Assembly: GCA_028826165.1 (NCBI GenBank) | Contig: JAPDFW010000017.1 | Span: 1 to 64,000, forward strand | Direction of reading: 5' to 3' | DNA: 64,000 nt | From: Anaeramoeba ignava BMAN | Lineage: Eukaryota; Protista; Anaeramoebae | In this document: positions 41,201 to 51,141 of the stretch, one piece after another | How the letters are laid out: the number at the start of each line of letters is the position of its first letter | Numbering within the stretch: position 1 is the stretch's first letter | Program-made: the position numbers and the translations under genes | Notes under the pieces: generated by a model | Database searches by the model: none | The model's input: the letters and a program-made list of their open reading frames with translations, nothing else | Told to the model about the DNA's origin: nothing

Positions 41201-43486
41201 TATATATATAAATATGAAATGAAAATGAAAATGAAAATGAAATTAAATTATATTTAAAATAAATTAAATTGTAAATGAAATTAAAATGAAATTTTGAATA
41301 AAATAATAAATGAAAATAAATAAATAATTATTCTAAAAAATATAAAAAGAATTATAAAATAAAAATCAAATCCAAAAAAAGAATATTTAATAAAATATAT
41401 TTTTATTAATATATTTATTATTCTGATATTATATTTATTATATTATTTATTAATATAATATTGATAATAAATTTGATTCCATTATTATATTAATTTTGAA
41501 TATATATTTTGATTTAATATTTATTATTGAAAAATGTTTAAAATATATAAATTAGAATAAAATTTGATTTTTTTTTATTTTTTTTTTGATTTATATTTAT
41601 ATAAATTGAAATTAAGTTGATAAAAAAAATATTATTTATTTTGATTTATACTTTTAAAAATTTATTTTTTATTTTTTAAACATTTTACACTACATATATT
41701 TTGAATTAATATTTATTATTATATATTTATTAATTATATATTCATTATTTATATTTATATAATATAAATAATATTCATTTTTATTTATTATTTTTCATTT
41801 CAAATTTATTTATTTTAATAATTAATAATAATAAATTTTGATTTATAATTAATTAATTAATTAATTCTAATATTTTTTATTTTATTAATAATTCAATTAT
41901 TATTTCCAAAATTTATTTTTATTTTATTAATTTTATTTTTTTTGATTTTTTTCAAAATTCATTTACACACAAAATAAAATGAAAATAAAATAAATTACAA
42001 TTAAAAATATTTTATTTATTTAATTTATAAAATATAAAATATGAATTAAATTGAATTAAAATTAAATTAAATTGAAAATTAAAATGAAAATAGAAATTAA
42101 ATTGTAAAATGAAAATGAAATTGAAAATTAAATTAAATTAAATTGTAAATGTAATTGAAAATGTAATTGAAAATGTAATTGAAAATGTAATTGAAAATGT
42201 AATTGAAAATGTAATTGAAAATGTAATTGAAAATGTAATTGAAAATGTAATTGAAAATGTAATTGAAAATGAAATTGAAAATGTAATTGAAAATGAAAAT
42301 ATAAATTGAAATTGAAAATGAAATTGAAATTAAATTAAATTCAAATTAAATTAAATTAAATTCAAATTAAATTCAAATCAAATTCAAATTAAATTCAAAT
42401 TAAATTCAAATTCAAATTCAAATCAAATTCAAATTAAATTCAAATTTAAATTCAAATTAAATTCAAATTCAAATTCAAATCAATTCAAATTCAAATTAAA
42501 TTCAAATTAAATTCAAATCTAAATCAAATTGAAAATGAAAATGAAAATGAAATTAAATTATATTTAAAATAAATTAAATTGTAAATGAAATTAAAATTAA
42601 ATTTTGAATAAAATAATAAATGAAAATAAATAAATAATTATTCTAAAAAATATAAAAAGAATTACAAAATAAAAATCAAATCCAAAAAAAAAGAATATTT
42701 AATAAAATACATTTTTATTAATATATTTATTATTCTGATATTATATTTATTATATTATTTATTAATATAATATTGATAATAAATTTGATTCCATTATTAT
42801 ATTGATTTTGAATATATATTTTGATTTAATATTTATTATTGGAAAATGTTTAAAATATATAAATTAGAATAAAATTTGATTTTTTTTTATTTTTTTTTTG
42901 ATTTATATTTATATAAATTGAAATTAAGTTGATAAAAAAAATATTATTTATTTTGATTTATACTTTTAAAAATTTATTTTTTATTTTTTAAACATTTTAC
43001 ATTATATATATTTTGAATTGATATTTATTATTATATATTTATTAATTATATATTCATTCATTATATTTATATAATATAATTAATATTAATTTTTTATTTA
43101 TTATTTTTCATTTCAAATTTATTTATTTTAATAATTAATAATAATATATTTTGATTTATAATTAATTAATTAATTAATTCTAATATTTTTTATTTTATTA
43201 ATAATTCAATTATTATTTTCAAAATTTATTTTTTATTTATTAAATTAATTTTATTTTTTTTGATTTTTTTCAAAATTCATTTATACACAAAATAAAATGA
43301 AAATAAAATAAATTACAATTAAAAATATTTATTAAATTGTTTATAAAATATAAATTGTAATTGAAAATGTAATTGAAAATGTAATTGAAAATGTAATTGA
43401 AAATGTAATTGAAAATGTAATTGAAAATGTAATTGAAAATGTAATTGAAAATGTAATTGAAAATGTAATTGAAAATGTAATTGAAA

Positions 43487-45880
43487 ATGAAAAAAATGGT
43501 CAAATGGGGAAACCTGTATGTTTATGCAGACTCTCCATTAATTTCAAAACATGTCTTCTTTGACATATTAAAACCATATAAAATAGTGAGAGGATACTTG
43601 AGAAGGAATAAGGATAGTACCGATGGACACTTTAAAGTAATTTACGATAAGAAAGCAAGAAAAGAACAAAGAAGAACATGGAGAGAAGGTTATTCAATTA
43701 CAGTATCTAAAGCAAGAGAGAGTTACACTTCAAAAGAAAATCAACTTGAGAAATTAAAAGAAAAAATAACGGATCGAAATCAACGGTCACATAAAGAAAA
43801 TATAGAAAAAATAATTTATCAAACATTGAATTCAAATAACTTTATTAAGAATCCATTAATAATTAAGAAGAAAGAAATTGAAAATATTCAATCTAATCAA
43901 GAGAAACATGAAAATATTTTAAATGAGATCAAAGAAACAATACAAAAAGCAATTCCTCAAATGAAATCAAAGAGAATAATTCAAAAAGATTTACAAGAAT
44001 TTATAAATAAAAGCGTTAATTATTCTTATTTAAAAACTTATAAACAACATAATCCATATAGTTATCAGAGAACTCACAATTTACAACAAGAAATTTCAGA
44101 TTCTCTGATTAAACACAATTGGGAAATTGATACAAATTTAAGAAAAACAATTAATTATCGAAATTCAAAATATTATATGGAAACAAATTTTAACAAGATA
44201 CTACAAATTTTAGATTCATATAAATTAATTATCAGAAAATCATTTCTTAATATATTTGAAATTCTTAACATTATTAACAATTTTCACCCACTGAGAATCA
44301 TTCAAAAAGGGAATCATCAAGCTGAGATATGGGATCGAAAAAATAACATATTAAATCTTTTTCGAGATTGTAAAAATGAAAGAAATAGAATACCAAGAAA
44401 TTTCAAAATTCAATTAAAAACAACAGAAGGAAACAAAATTGAAACAATAAAAGGAACTAAATTAACAAAAATAAATCAATTCTCATTCAGAATAGCATCT
44501 ATAAATATCAATGGATTAAATAAAATAGGAAAGATCCAAAAATTAGAAAAAATATTCCTCCAACAAAGAATAACAATTGCTATTATACAAGAAACTCACT
44601 TGAGAAAAAGATTATATTTTGAAAACTATCATTCATTTGAGAAACAAGGATATGGAACAACAGCACAAGGAGGAATAGCAATAATCATCAAAAAATGTAT
44701 ATCAAAATATGCTCAAGAAATAAAACATCCAGATAAGGATATTATACAAATTAAAATAGGAGAATTAAATATTATTGGAGTCTATATGAGACATGGAACA
44801 CAATCTCAAATGATGAGTCAATTAAACGATATCATTGAAAAATTAGGAGAGGAAAGATATATAATAGCAGGAGATTTTAATCAAACAGACAAAGAAATGG
44901 AAAAACATTTCAGATTTAATACTCAAATAATACATAATACTGAGAATAGTGCAATAAGAAATATTGATCATTTCTGCGTCAAAAATCAAAATAGAGAAAT
45001 TTTATCACAAACAGTAAATATTAATCAAGAAGAAAATCTCTCAGATCATAAAATGATAGTTACAATTGAGAAAATCAATATATTGAGTGAAGAGAGAAAA
45101 GAATATTACCAACCGACAAAACAACAATTCCAAGATATGATAATAGAAAAATTAAGAAAACAAAATTTATCTGAGAAATCAATGCTCAACATTTCAATAA
45201 TTAAAAATGTAAAAGAAAAATTCAAAAAAAGAAGTATCATCCATATAAATACAAAAAATAAGATAGGAATTAACTTAACAGAATTTAACTCAAAAAATAA
45301 ATATAATTGGAAACAAGCTCTAAGGAAAAGGTGGAGAGAAACCATGAGAGGGATAGAAATAGATAACCAAAGCAAAACAAATTATTGGAAAGAAGTAAAA
45401 AGGATAACAAAAGCTAGAAAAGATACTATATTTAATAATAATGAAAAAGAAAAAGAATTTAAACAACTTATAGATAAAATTAAAATTCCAGTTCAAGAAT
45501 CAATACTCCAAGAAATAGAAAATAAAATAATAAATACAGAACCTGATATAAGATCAATCAAACAAATATTTCCCCATGATAAATTAATAAAAACAATTCA
45601 AAACTCAAGAAATAGTTCTACTTGTGATTATGATAAAATCGAAATGTATCAAAATCCTTACATTGAAAGAGAACATCCAAAATATTATGAATTTATCAAA
45701 TCAGTAAACAGAATGATGAGAGAATGGATAAGAGATCCCAACCAAGAAGTAATAAAATATATGCTTTCAAGAAGAATGGTGTTCATCTTTAAACAAGGGG
45801 ATCCTAACCAAATCTCTAATTATCGCCCAATATCTATAAATAATGCTTTTAGTAAGAATATTTTTGAAAAGAATACTTGA
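43487..45880 (+). CDS. LINE polyprotein, N-terminal part: RRM-like/coiled region, APE endonuclease, start of RT
   Basis: APE motifs intact: SININGL, IIQETH, GGIAII, IGVYM, IAGDFN, NIDHF, LSDHK. RT entry motif KQGDPNQISNYRPISI at the end. In-frame ATGs at 43487 and 43496. Joins the next ORF if one T is removed from TTTT at 45847-45850. Confidence 0.9.
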   Translation: MKKMVKWGNLYVYADSPLISKHVFFDILKPYKIVRGYLRRNKDSTDGHFKVIYDKKARKEQRRTWREGYSITVSKARESYTSKENQLEKLKEKITDRNQRSHKENIEKIIYQTLNSNNFIKNPLIIKKKEIENIQSNQEKHENILNEIKETIQKAIPQMKSKRIIQKDLQEFINKSVNYSYLKTYKQHNPYSYQRTHNLQQEISDSLIKHNWEIDTNLRKTINYRNSKYYMETNFNKILQILDSYKLIIRKSFLNIFEILNIINNFHPLRIIQKGNHQAEIWDRKNNILNLFRDCKNERNRIPRNFKIQLKTTEGNKIETIKGTKLTKINQFSFRIASININGLNKIGKIQKLEKIFLQQRITIAIIQETHLRKRLYFENYHSFEKQGYGTTAQGGIAIIIKKCISKYAQEIKHPDKDIIQIKIGELNIIGVYMRHGTQSQMMSQLNDIIEKLGEERYIIAGDFNQTDKEMEKHFRFNTQIIHNTENSAIRNIDHFCVKNQNREILSQTVNINQEENLSDHKMIVTIEKINILSEERKEYYQPTKQQFQDMIIEKLRKQNLSEKSMLNISIIKNVKEKFKKRSIIHINTKNKIGINLTEFNSKNKYNWKQALRKRWRETMRGIEIDNQSKTNYWKEVKRITKARKDTIFNNNEKEKEFKQLIDKIKIPVQESILQEIENKIINTEPDIRSIKQIFPHDKLIKTIQNSRNSSTCDYDKIEMYQNPYIEREHPKYYEFIKSVNRMMREWIRDPNQEVIKYMLSRRMVFIFKQGDPNQISNYRPISINNAFSKNIFEKNT

Positions 45881-47648
45881 AGAAATTGAACCAATATGGG
45901 AATACATCTCGTATCAACAAATGGGTTTTAGAAAAATGATGGATACAAGAATAGCAGTCTTAGAGTTACAAAAGAAATTGAAAGAAATAAAAGAACCATA
46001 TATAATAAGTATAGACATTCAAAAATGTTTTGATACTATTGATCATGGATTAATTAGAAAAGTTATTAATAAATTCATCAGCAATAATAATATTAAAAAA
46101 CTATTAAATGAATATTATAAGGGAAATGGATGTGGCATCTATCAAGGAGATCCATTATCACCTTTAATATTTGGAATGGTCAGCCACTTTATAATTGAGG
46201 AAATAAAACTAAGGGTTGATCATATACAAATGTATGCTGATGATATGATACTATTAGTAAAAAATTCTTATAATAAAGTCATAACTAAAGTTCAATCAAT
46301 ATTACAAATTCTTGAAAATTATGGATTAAGACCTAATAAAAATAAAACTATAATAACAAAACAAAAAAGAAATGTTAAATATCTTGGGATTATACTTGAT
46401 GCAAAGAAACATATAGAAAATAATATAGAAAAATGTGAAAAAACTTTTCAAAAATTGAGATTTATAATACAATCCAACCAAATTTCTAATCACTTGAAAA
46501 TTATAATTTATAAAATGACAATTCTTCCACAACTATATTATGGCACAGAGGCATTAATACTCAGAAAGAAACAATATCAAAAAATGGATTTAATGGTGAA
46601 CAAACACATGAAATTAATTTTAAAAATAAACTTTCATTCACCTACGCTTACCTTTCGAAATGAAACGAATACCCCCAGTTCCAGAACACAAATAAATGTG
46701 CGTAGGTGGAAAATAAGAGAAAAATTAGATAAAATTGAAAAATCAGAACTTAAAGAATTATGTCCAATCTTCACAAATGAAAGAGAGAGAAATGATAAAA
46801 TATGGGAGAATCAAAACTTGAAAATCATCCAAAAATATTTATGTTTAGCAAGGCACCAAGAAATGAGTATCAATTCAGGATGGAAAACAATAGCCTATTC
46901 AGAAATTACTAAATTAGAACCAAAAAAACCAAAAATAAAAACATATTTAAAATATCAAAAAAGTACTATATTAATGAAATTAAGAATATTCACAAATGGA
47001 CTTAAATCATATAGCCACCACATGAGAAATAGTGATGTGAAATGTCCATGTTGTGGAGAAGAAGAAGAAACATTGGATCATTTTCTTTGGAAATGTCCAA
47101 TGTATCAAGAGATAAGAAATAAATGGTTGAAATCAATACATCCAATAAAACAAACAATTAAATTAATGAAAGAAATTAGCAGAAAGGGAATATATGACAA
47201 AACTATAGAATATATTCAAAAAGCTTTTGAGATTAGATCAGAAATGATAATGGATGAGAATATAATTGAGATAGATGAAGAGAATATTGAAAATGAAGAA
47301 AGAAATCAAAATGAAAATCAACAACAAAGTGACATGAATAATGAGAATAATGATGAAAATAATAATGAGAATAATAATGAAATTAATAATGAAATTAATA
47401 ATGAAAACAATAATGAAAATGACAATGAGAATAAAAACAAACCCAAAAAGGTAAGTAACAAATCAAAAAAGAAGAAATCAAACCAAAAAGAAATGAAGAT
47501 CAAAAAAAAGAAAAAGAAAGAAAAAGAAAGAAAAAGAAAGAAAAAGAAAGAAAGAGAAAAAGAAAGAGAAAAAGAAAGAGAAAAAGAAAGAGAAAAGAAA
47601 AGAACAAAAAAAGAGAAACCAATGAAAAAGAGAAAAAAACAAAGATAA
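45843..47648 (+). CDS. LINE polyprotein, C-terminal part: reverse transcriptase, thumb, CCHC zinc finger, low-complexity charged tail
   Basis: QMGFRK, SIDIQKCFDTIDH, GIYQGDPLSPLIF, MYADD, GLRPNKNKT and KYLGI motifs; thumb region IYKMTILPQLYYG; CPCCGEEEETLDHFLWKC finger. Confidence 0.92.
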   Translation: MLLVRIFLKRILEEIEPIWEYISYQQMGFRKMMDTRIAVLELQKKLKEIKEPYIISIDIQKCFDTIDHGLIRKVINKFISNNNIKKLLNEYYKGNGCGIYQGDPLSPLIFGMVSHFIIEEIKLRVDHIQMYADDMILLVKNSYNKVITKVQSILQILENYGLRPNKNKTIITKQKRNVKYLGIILDAKKHIENNIEKCEKTFQKLRFIIQSNQISNHLKIIIYKMTILPQLYYGTEALILRKKQYQKMDLMVNKHMKLILKINFHSPTLTFRNETNTPSSRTQINVRRWKIREKLDKIEKSELKELCPIFTNERERNDKIWENQNLKIIQKYLCLARHQEMSINSGWKTIAYSEITKLEPKKPKIKTYLKYQKSTILMKLRIFTNGLKSYSHHMRNSDVKCPCCGEEEETLDHFLWKCPMYQEIRNKWLKSIHPIKQTIKLMKEISRKGIYDKTIEYIQKAFEIRSEMIMDENIIEIDEENIENEERNQNENQQQSDMNNENNDENNNENNNEINNEINNENNNENDNENKNKPKKVSNKSKKKKSNQKEMKIKKKKKKEKERKRKKKKEREKEREKEREKEREKKRTKKEKPMKKRKKQR

Positions 47649-47833
47649 TAAAGAGTAATAACAGAAGAAGAAATCTAAGAAAAAATCCAGAGAAAACTTG
47701 GAAATATCAATTATCGAAAATATCTGAATCAGATTCAGAATCAGAAACAAAGTCATGGGAAAAAGAATCGGAATATGATACAGATTATGCTCCAGATTCT
47801 TCTTCCTTGGAAAGCTCAATAGAGAGCGACTAA
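47459..47833 (+). CDS. Probable true C-terminus of the LINE protein in the -1 frame (K/R/E-rich, then S/E/D-rich)
   Basis: Stop-free frame of 124 codons overlapping the end of the RT ORF and ending ...SESDSESETKSWEKESEYDTDYAPDSSSLESSIESD*. It would be joined by a 1-nt indel in the A-runs between 47460 and 47645. Confidence 0.5.
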   Translation, partial: QIKKEEIKPKRNEDQKKEKERKRKKKKEKERKRKRKRKRKRKRKRKEKNKKRETNEKEKKTKIIKSNNRRRNLRKNPEKTWKYQLSKISESDSESETKSWEKESEYDTDYAPDSSSLESSIESD

Positions 47834-47946
47834 ATATAGTCAAAAAAATGAGATGTTCCACTTACTCTTCTTTTTTTAAAGTTTTTAAATTTTTTATCTT
47901 CATTTCTTATTTTTCATTTCAAAAATTATTTACAAAAGAAGCATGC

Positions 47947-47992
47947 AGGAATCTCACTTGAGATTTCCTTAATAAAATCAAAATCAAAATCA
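47947..47992 (+). other. LINE 3' terminal stem-loop plus short tandem tail
   Basis: AGGAATCTCA-CT-TGAGATTTCCT inverted repeat with one bulge, then AATAAA and AAAATC x3. Confidence 0.65.
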
Positions 47993-50810
47993 GAAATAAA
48001 TAATTATTCTAAAAAATATAAAAAGAATTATAAAATAAAAATCAAATCCAAAAAAAAAGAATATTTAATAAAATATATTTTTATTAATATATTTATTATT
48101 CTGATATTATATTTATTATATTATTTATTAATATAATATTGATAATAAATTTTATTTCATTATTATATTAATTTTGAATATATATTTTGATTTAATATTT
48201 ATTATTGAAAAATGTTTAAAATATATAAATTAGAATAAAATTTGATTTTTTTTATTTTTTTTTTGATTTATACTTATATAAATTGAAATAAAGTTGATAA
48301 AAATATTATTTATTTTGATTTATACTTTTAAAAATTTATTTTTATTTTTAAACATTTTATATTATATATATTTTGAATTGATATTTTTATTATTATATAT
48401 TTATTAATTATATATTCATTCATTATATTTATATAATATAATTAATATTCATTTTTATTTATTATTTTTCATTTCAAATTTATATATTTTTAATAATTAA
48501 TAATAATAAATTTTGATTTATAATTAATTAATTAATTATTTCTAATATTTTTATTTTATTAATAATTCAATTATTATTTTCAAAATTTATTTTTATTTAT
48601 TTTATTAATTTATTTTTTTGATTTTTTCAAAATTTATTTACACACAAAATAAAATGAAAATAAAATAAATTACAATTAAAAATATTTATTAAATTGTTTA
48701 TAAAATATAAATTGAAATTAAATTAAAATTGAAATTTTAAGTTTGAAAATTGAATATAATTGAATTAATATTAATATTAATTATTATTTAATATTTTATA
48801 GATTAATTATTTTTGAAATGAAAATTAAATTATTATTTATAAATATTATTTATATTTTTGATAAAAGAATAATAAAATAATAAAATAATAAATAATAAAG
48901 AAATAAAAATAATTAAAAACAATTATCAATTTTATTTTTTCCTTTATTTTATATTTTCTCCATTTCAAAAAATACTTTTTATCTTTTTAAAAATACTTTT
49001 TATCTTTTTCTATTTTTTCTCCTTTTTAATTTATAATTTTATTTTCTCCATTTCAAAAATACTTTTTATCTTTTTATTAAATTAAATTAAATTAAATTAA
49101 ATTAAATTAAATTAAATTAAATTAAATTAAATTAAATTAAATTAAATTAAATTAAACAACTTTTAATTATATTTTTGATTAATTTAAATTCAAAATATCT
49201 TTATTTATTTATTTATTTATTTATTTTTGTTACAAAATTTTCAATAAATTAATTTTAAAATGAGATGAATAAATCAAATAAAATAAAATAAATAAATAAA
49301 TCAAATAAAATGAATAGATATATAAATAGTTATTAATAATAATAATGAATATAAATAGAATATTTATTTAATATTAATTAATTATTAATTTTATTTAATT
49401 TCATTTATTTTATAATTCAAATCTAAATTAAATTGAAATGAAAATGAAAATGAAAATGAAATTAAATTATATTTAAAATAAATTAAATTGTAAATGAAAT
49501 TAAAATGAAATTTTGAATAAAATAATAAATGAAAATAAATAAATAATTATTCTAAAAAATATAAAAGAATTCATAAAATAAAAATCAAATCCAAAAAGAA
49601 TATTTAATAAAATATATTTTTATTAATATATTTATTATTCTGATATTATATTTATTATATTATTTATTAATATAATATTGATAATAAATTTGATTCCATT
49701 ATTATATTAATTTTGAATATATATTTTGATTTAATATTTATTATTGAAAATGTTTAAAATATATAAATTGAATAAAATTTGATTTTTTATTTTTGATTTA
49801 TATTTATATAAATTGAAATAAAGTTGATAAAAAAAATATTATTTATTTTGATTTATACTTTTAAAAATTTATTTTTATTTTTTAAACATTTTACATTATA
49901 TATATTTTGAATTGATATTTATTATTATATATTTATTAATTATATATTCATTCATTATATTTATATAATATAATTAATATTCATTTTTATTTATTATTTT
50001 TCATTTCAAATTTATTTATTTTAATAATTAATAATAATAAATTTTCATTTATAATTAATTAATTAATTCTAATATTTTTATTTAATTTAATTTAAAAATA
50101 ATTCAAATAAATAAAATAAATTTATAATAAATAGATGTAAATATTTTAATTTAAAATTTAAAATTCAAAATTCAAAATTGATTAAAAAATAAATTTAATT
50201 AAAAAAATCAAAATTGAAATTGAAAAATGAAAATGAAATTTCAAAAAGAAATGAAATCAAAATAAATATTAATTATTCCAAAAGAATATTTAATAGAATA
50301 TTTAATAAAATATATTTTTATTAATAGATTTATTATTCTTATATTATATTTATTATATTATTTATTAATATAATATTGATAATAAATTTGATTATATTAT
50401 TATATTAATTTTGAATATAATTAAATTGATATTTATTTTTGAAAAATGTTTGTAATATATATTTTGATTTTATTTTTCATTTTTCTTTTTGATTTATATT
50501 TATTAATTATATATTAAAAATAAAAATAATTATAATTTGATTATTTATTCATTAATTTATAATATTTTAATGTTGGAAAATAAAATAAAATATTTTCATT
50601 TCTTTCTTAATGATTTATAAATTGAAAAAAGATATTTAATAAAATAAATTCATTGAAAAATAAATCTAAATTACATTCTGTTGTAAATAAATAAATAAAT
50701 AAAAACAATTCTTTTTGTTTTTTTAATAAATTTTTCCATAATTGATAATACTTTTTACAAAAATTGAAAATAAATATTCTCCATTTTCAACCCATTTTTC
50801 AAGATATAAA

Positions 50811-51141
50811 GAGGTAAGTATATCACTTACAAAACACATATTAGTGAGGGGAACGGGGGAGAACTAGTGAAAGGGGGTAAGAGGAGCAACCGAGCGAAAG
50901 CGAGTATGTGTTTGACAACTGAGATTTGTCAAACAAACTGAATAGATTTATTTAATGAGAAAGGATTCCTTTCGAATAAACAAATAAATAAATCCATATG
51001 AAAGACTTGTTTGACAAATCTCAGTTTGTAATTCCAAAACAACATACAAGACATTTCGAATATCGAGGTTTGACAACCCTGAGGGTTGGTAACAACGGCT
51101 GTAAGTCGGTGTTAACGGGGAGGGAGGCGGGCACTATTCAC
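50811..51141. ncRNA. GC island C, copy 2
   Basis: Near-identical to 38586-38921 (offset ~12.2 kb). Differences are mostly 1-nt homopolymer changes plus one A/G. Confidence 0.5.

Larger units (their letters stand above)
43487..47992 (+). mobile_element. APE-type non-LTR retrotransposon (LINE-like), apparently near full length
   Basis: Abrupt switch from satellite to complex coding sequence at ~43496 and back at ~47993. Encodes AP-endonuclease, RT and CCHC domains in LINE order. The 3' end has a stem-loop, AATAAA and an (AAAATC)3 tail. Confidence 0.93.

Noticed and set aside
45106-47861. Antisense ORFs inside the LINE (45106, 46326, 47318, 47478)
   Set aside because: Shadows of an A-rich coding strand; F/L/S-rich with no motifs.
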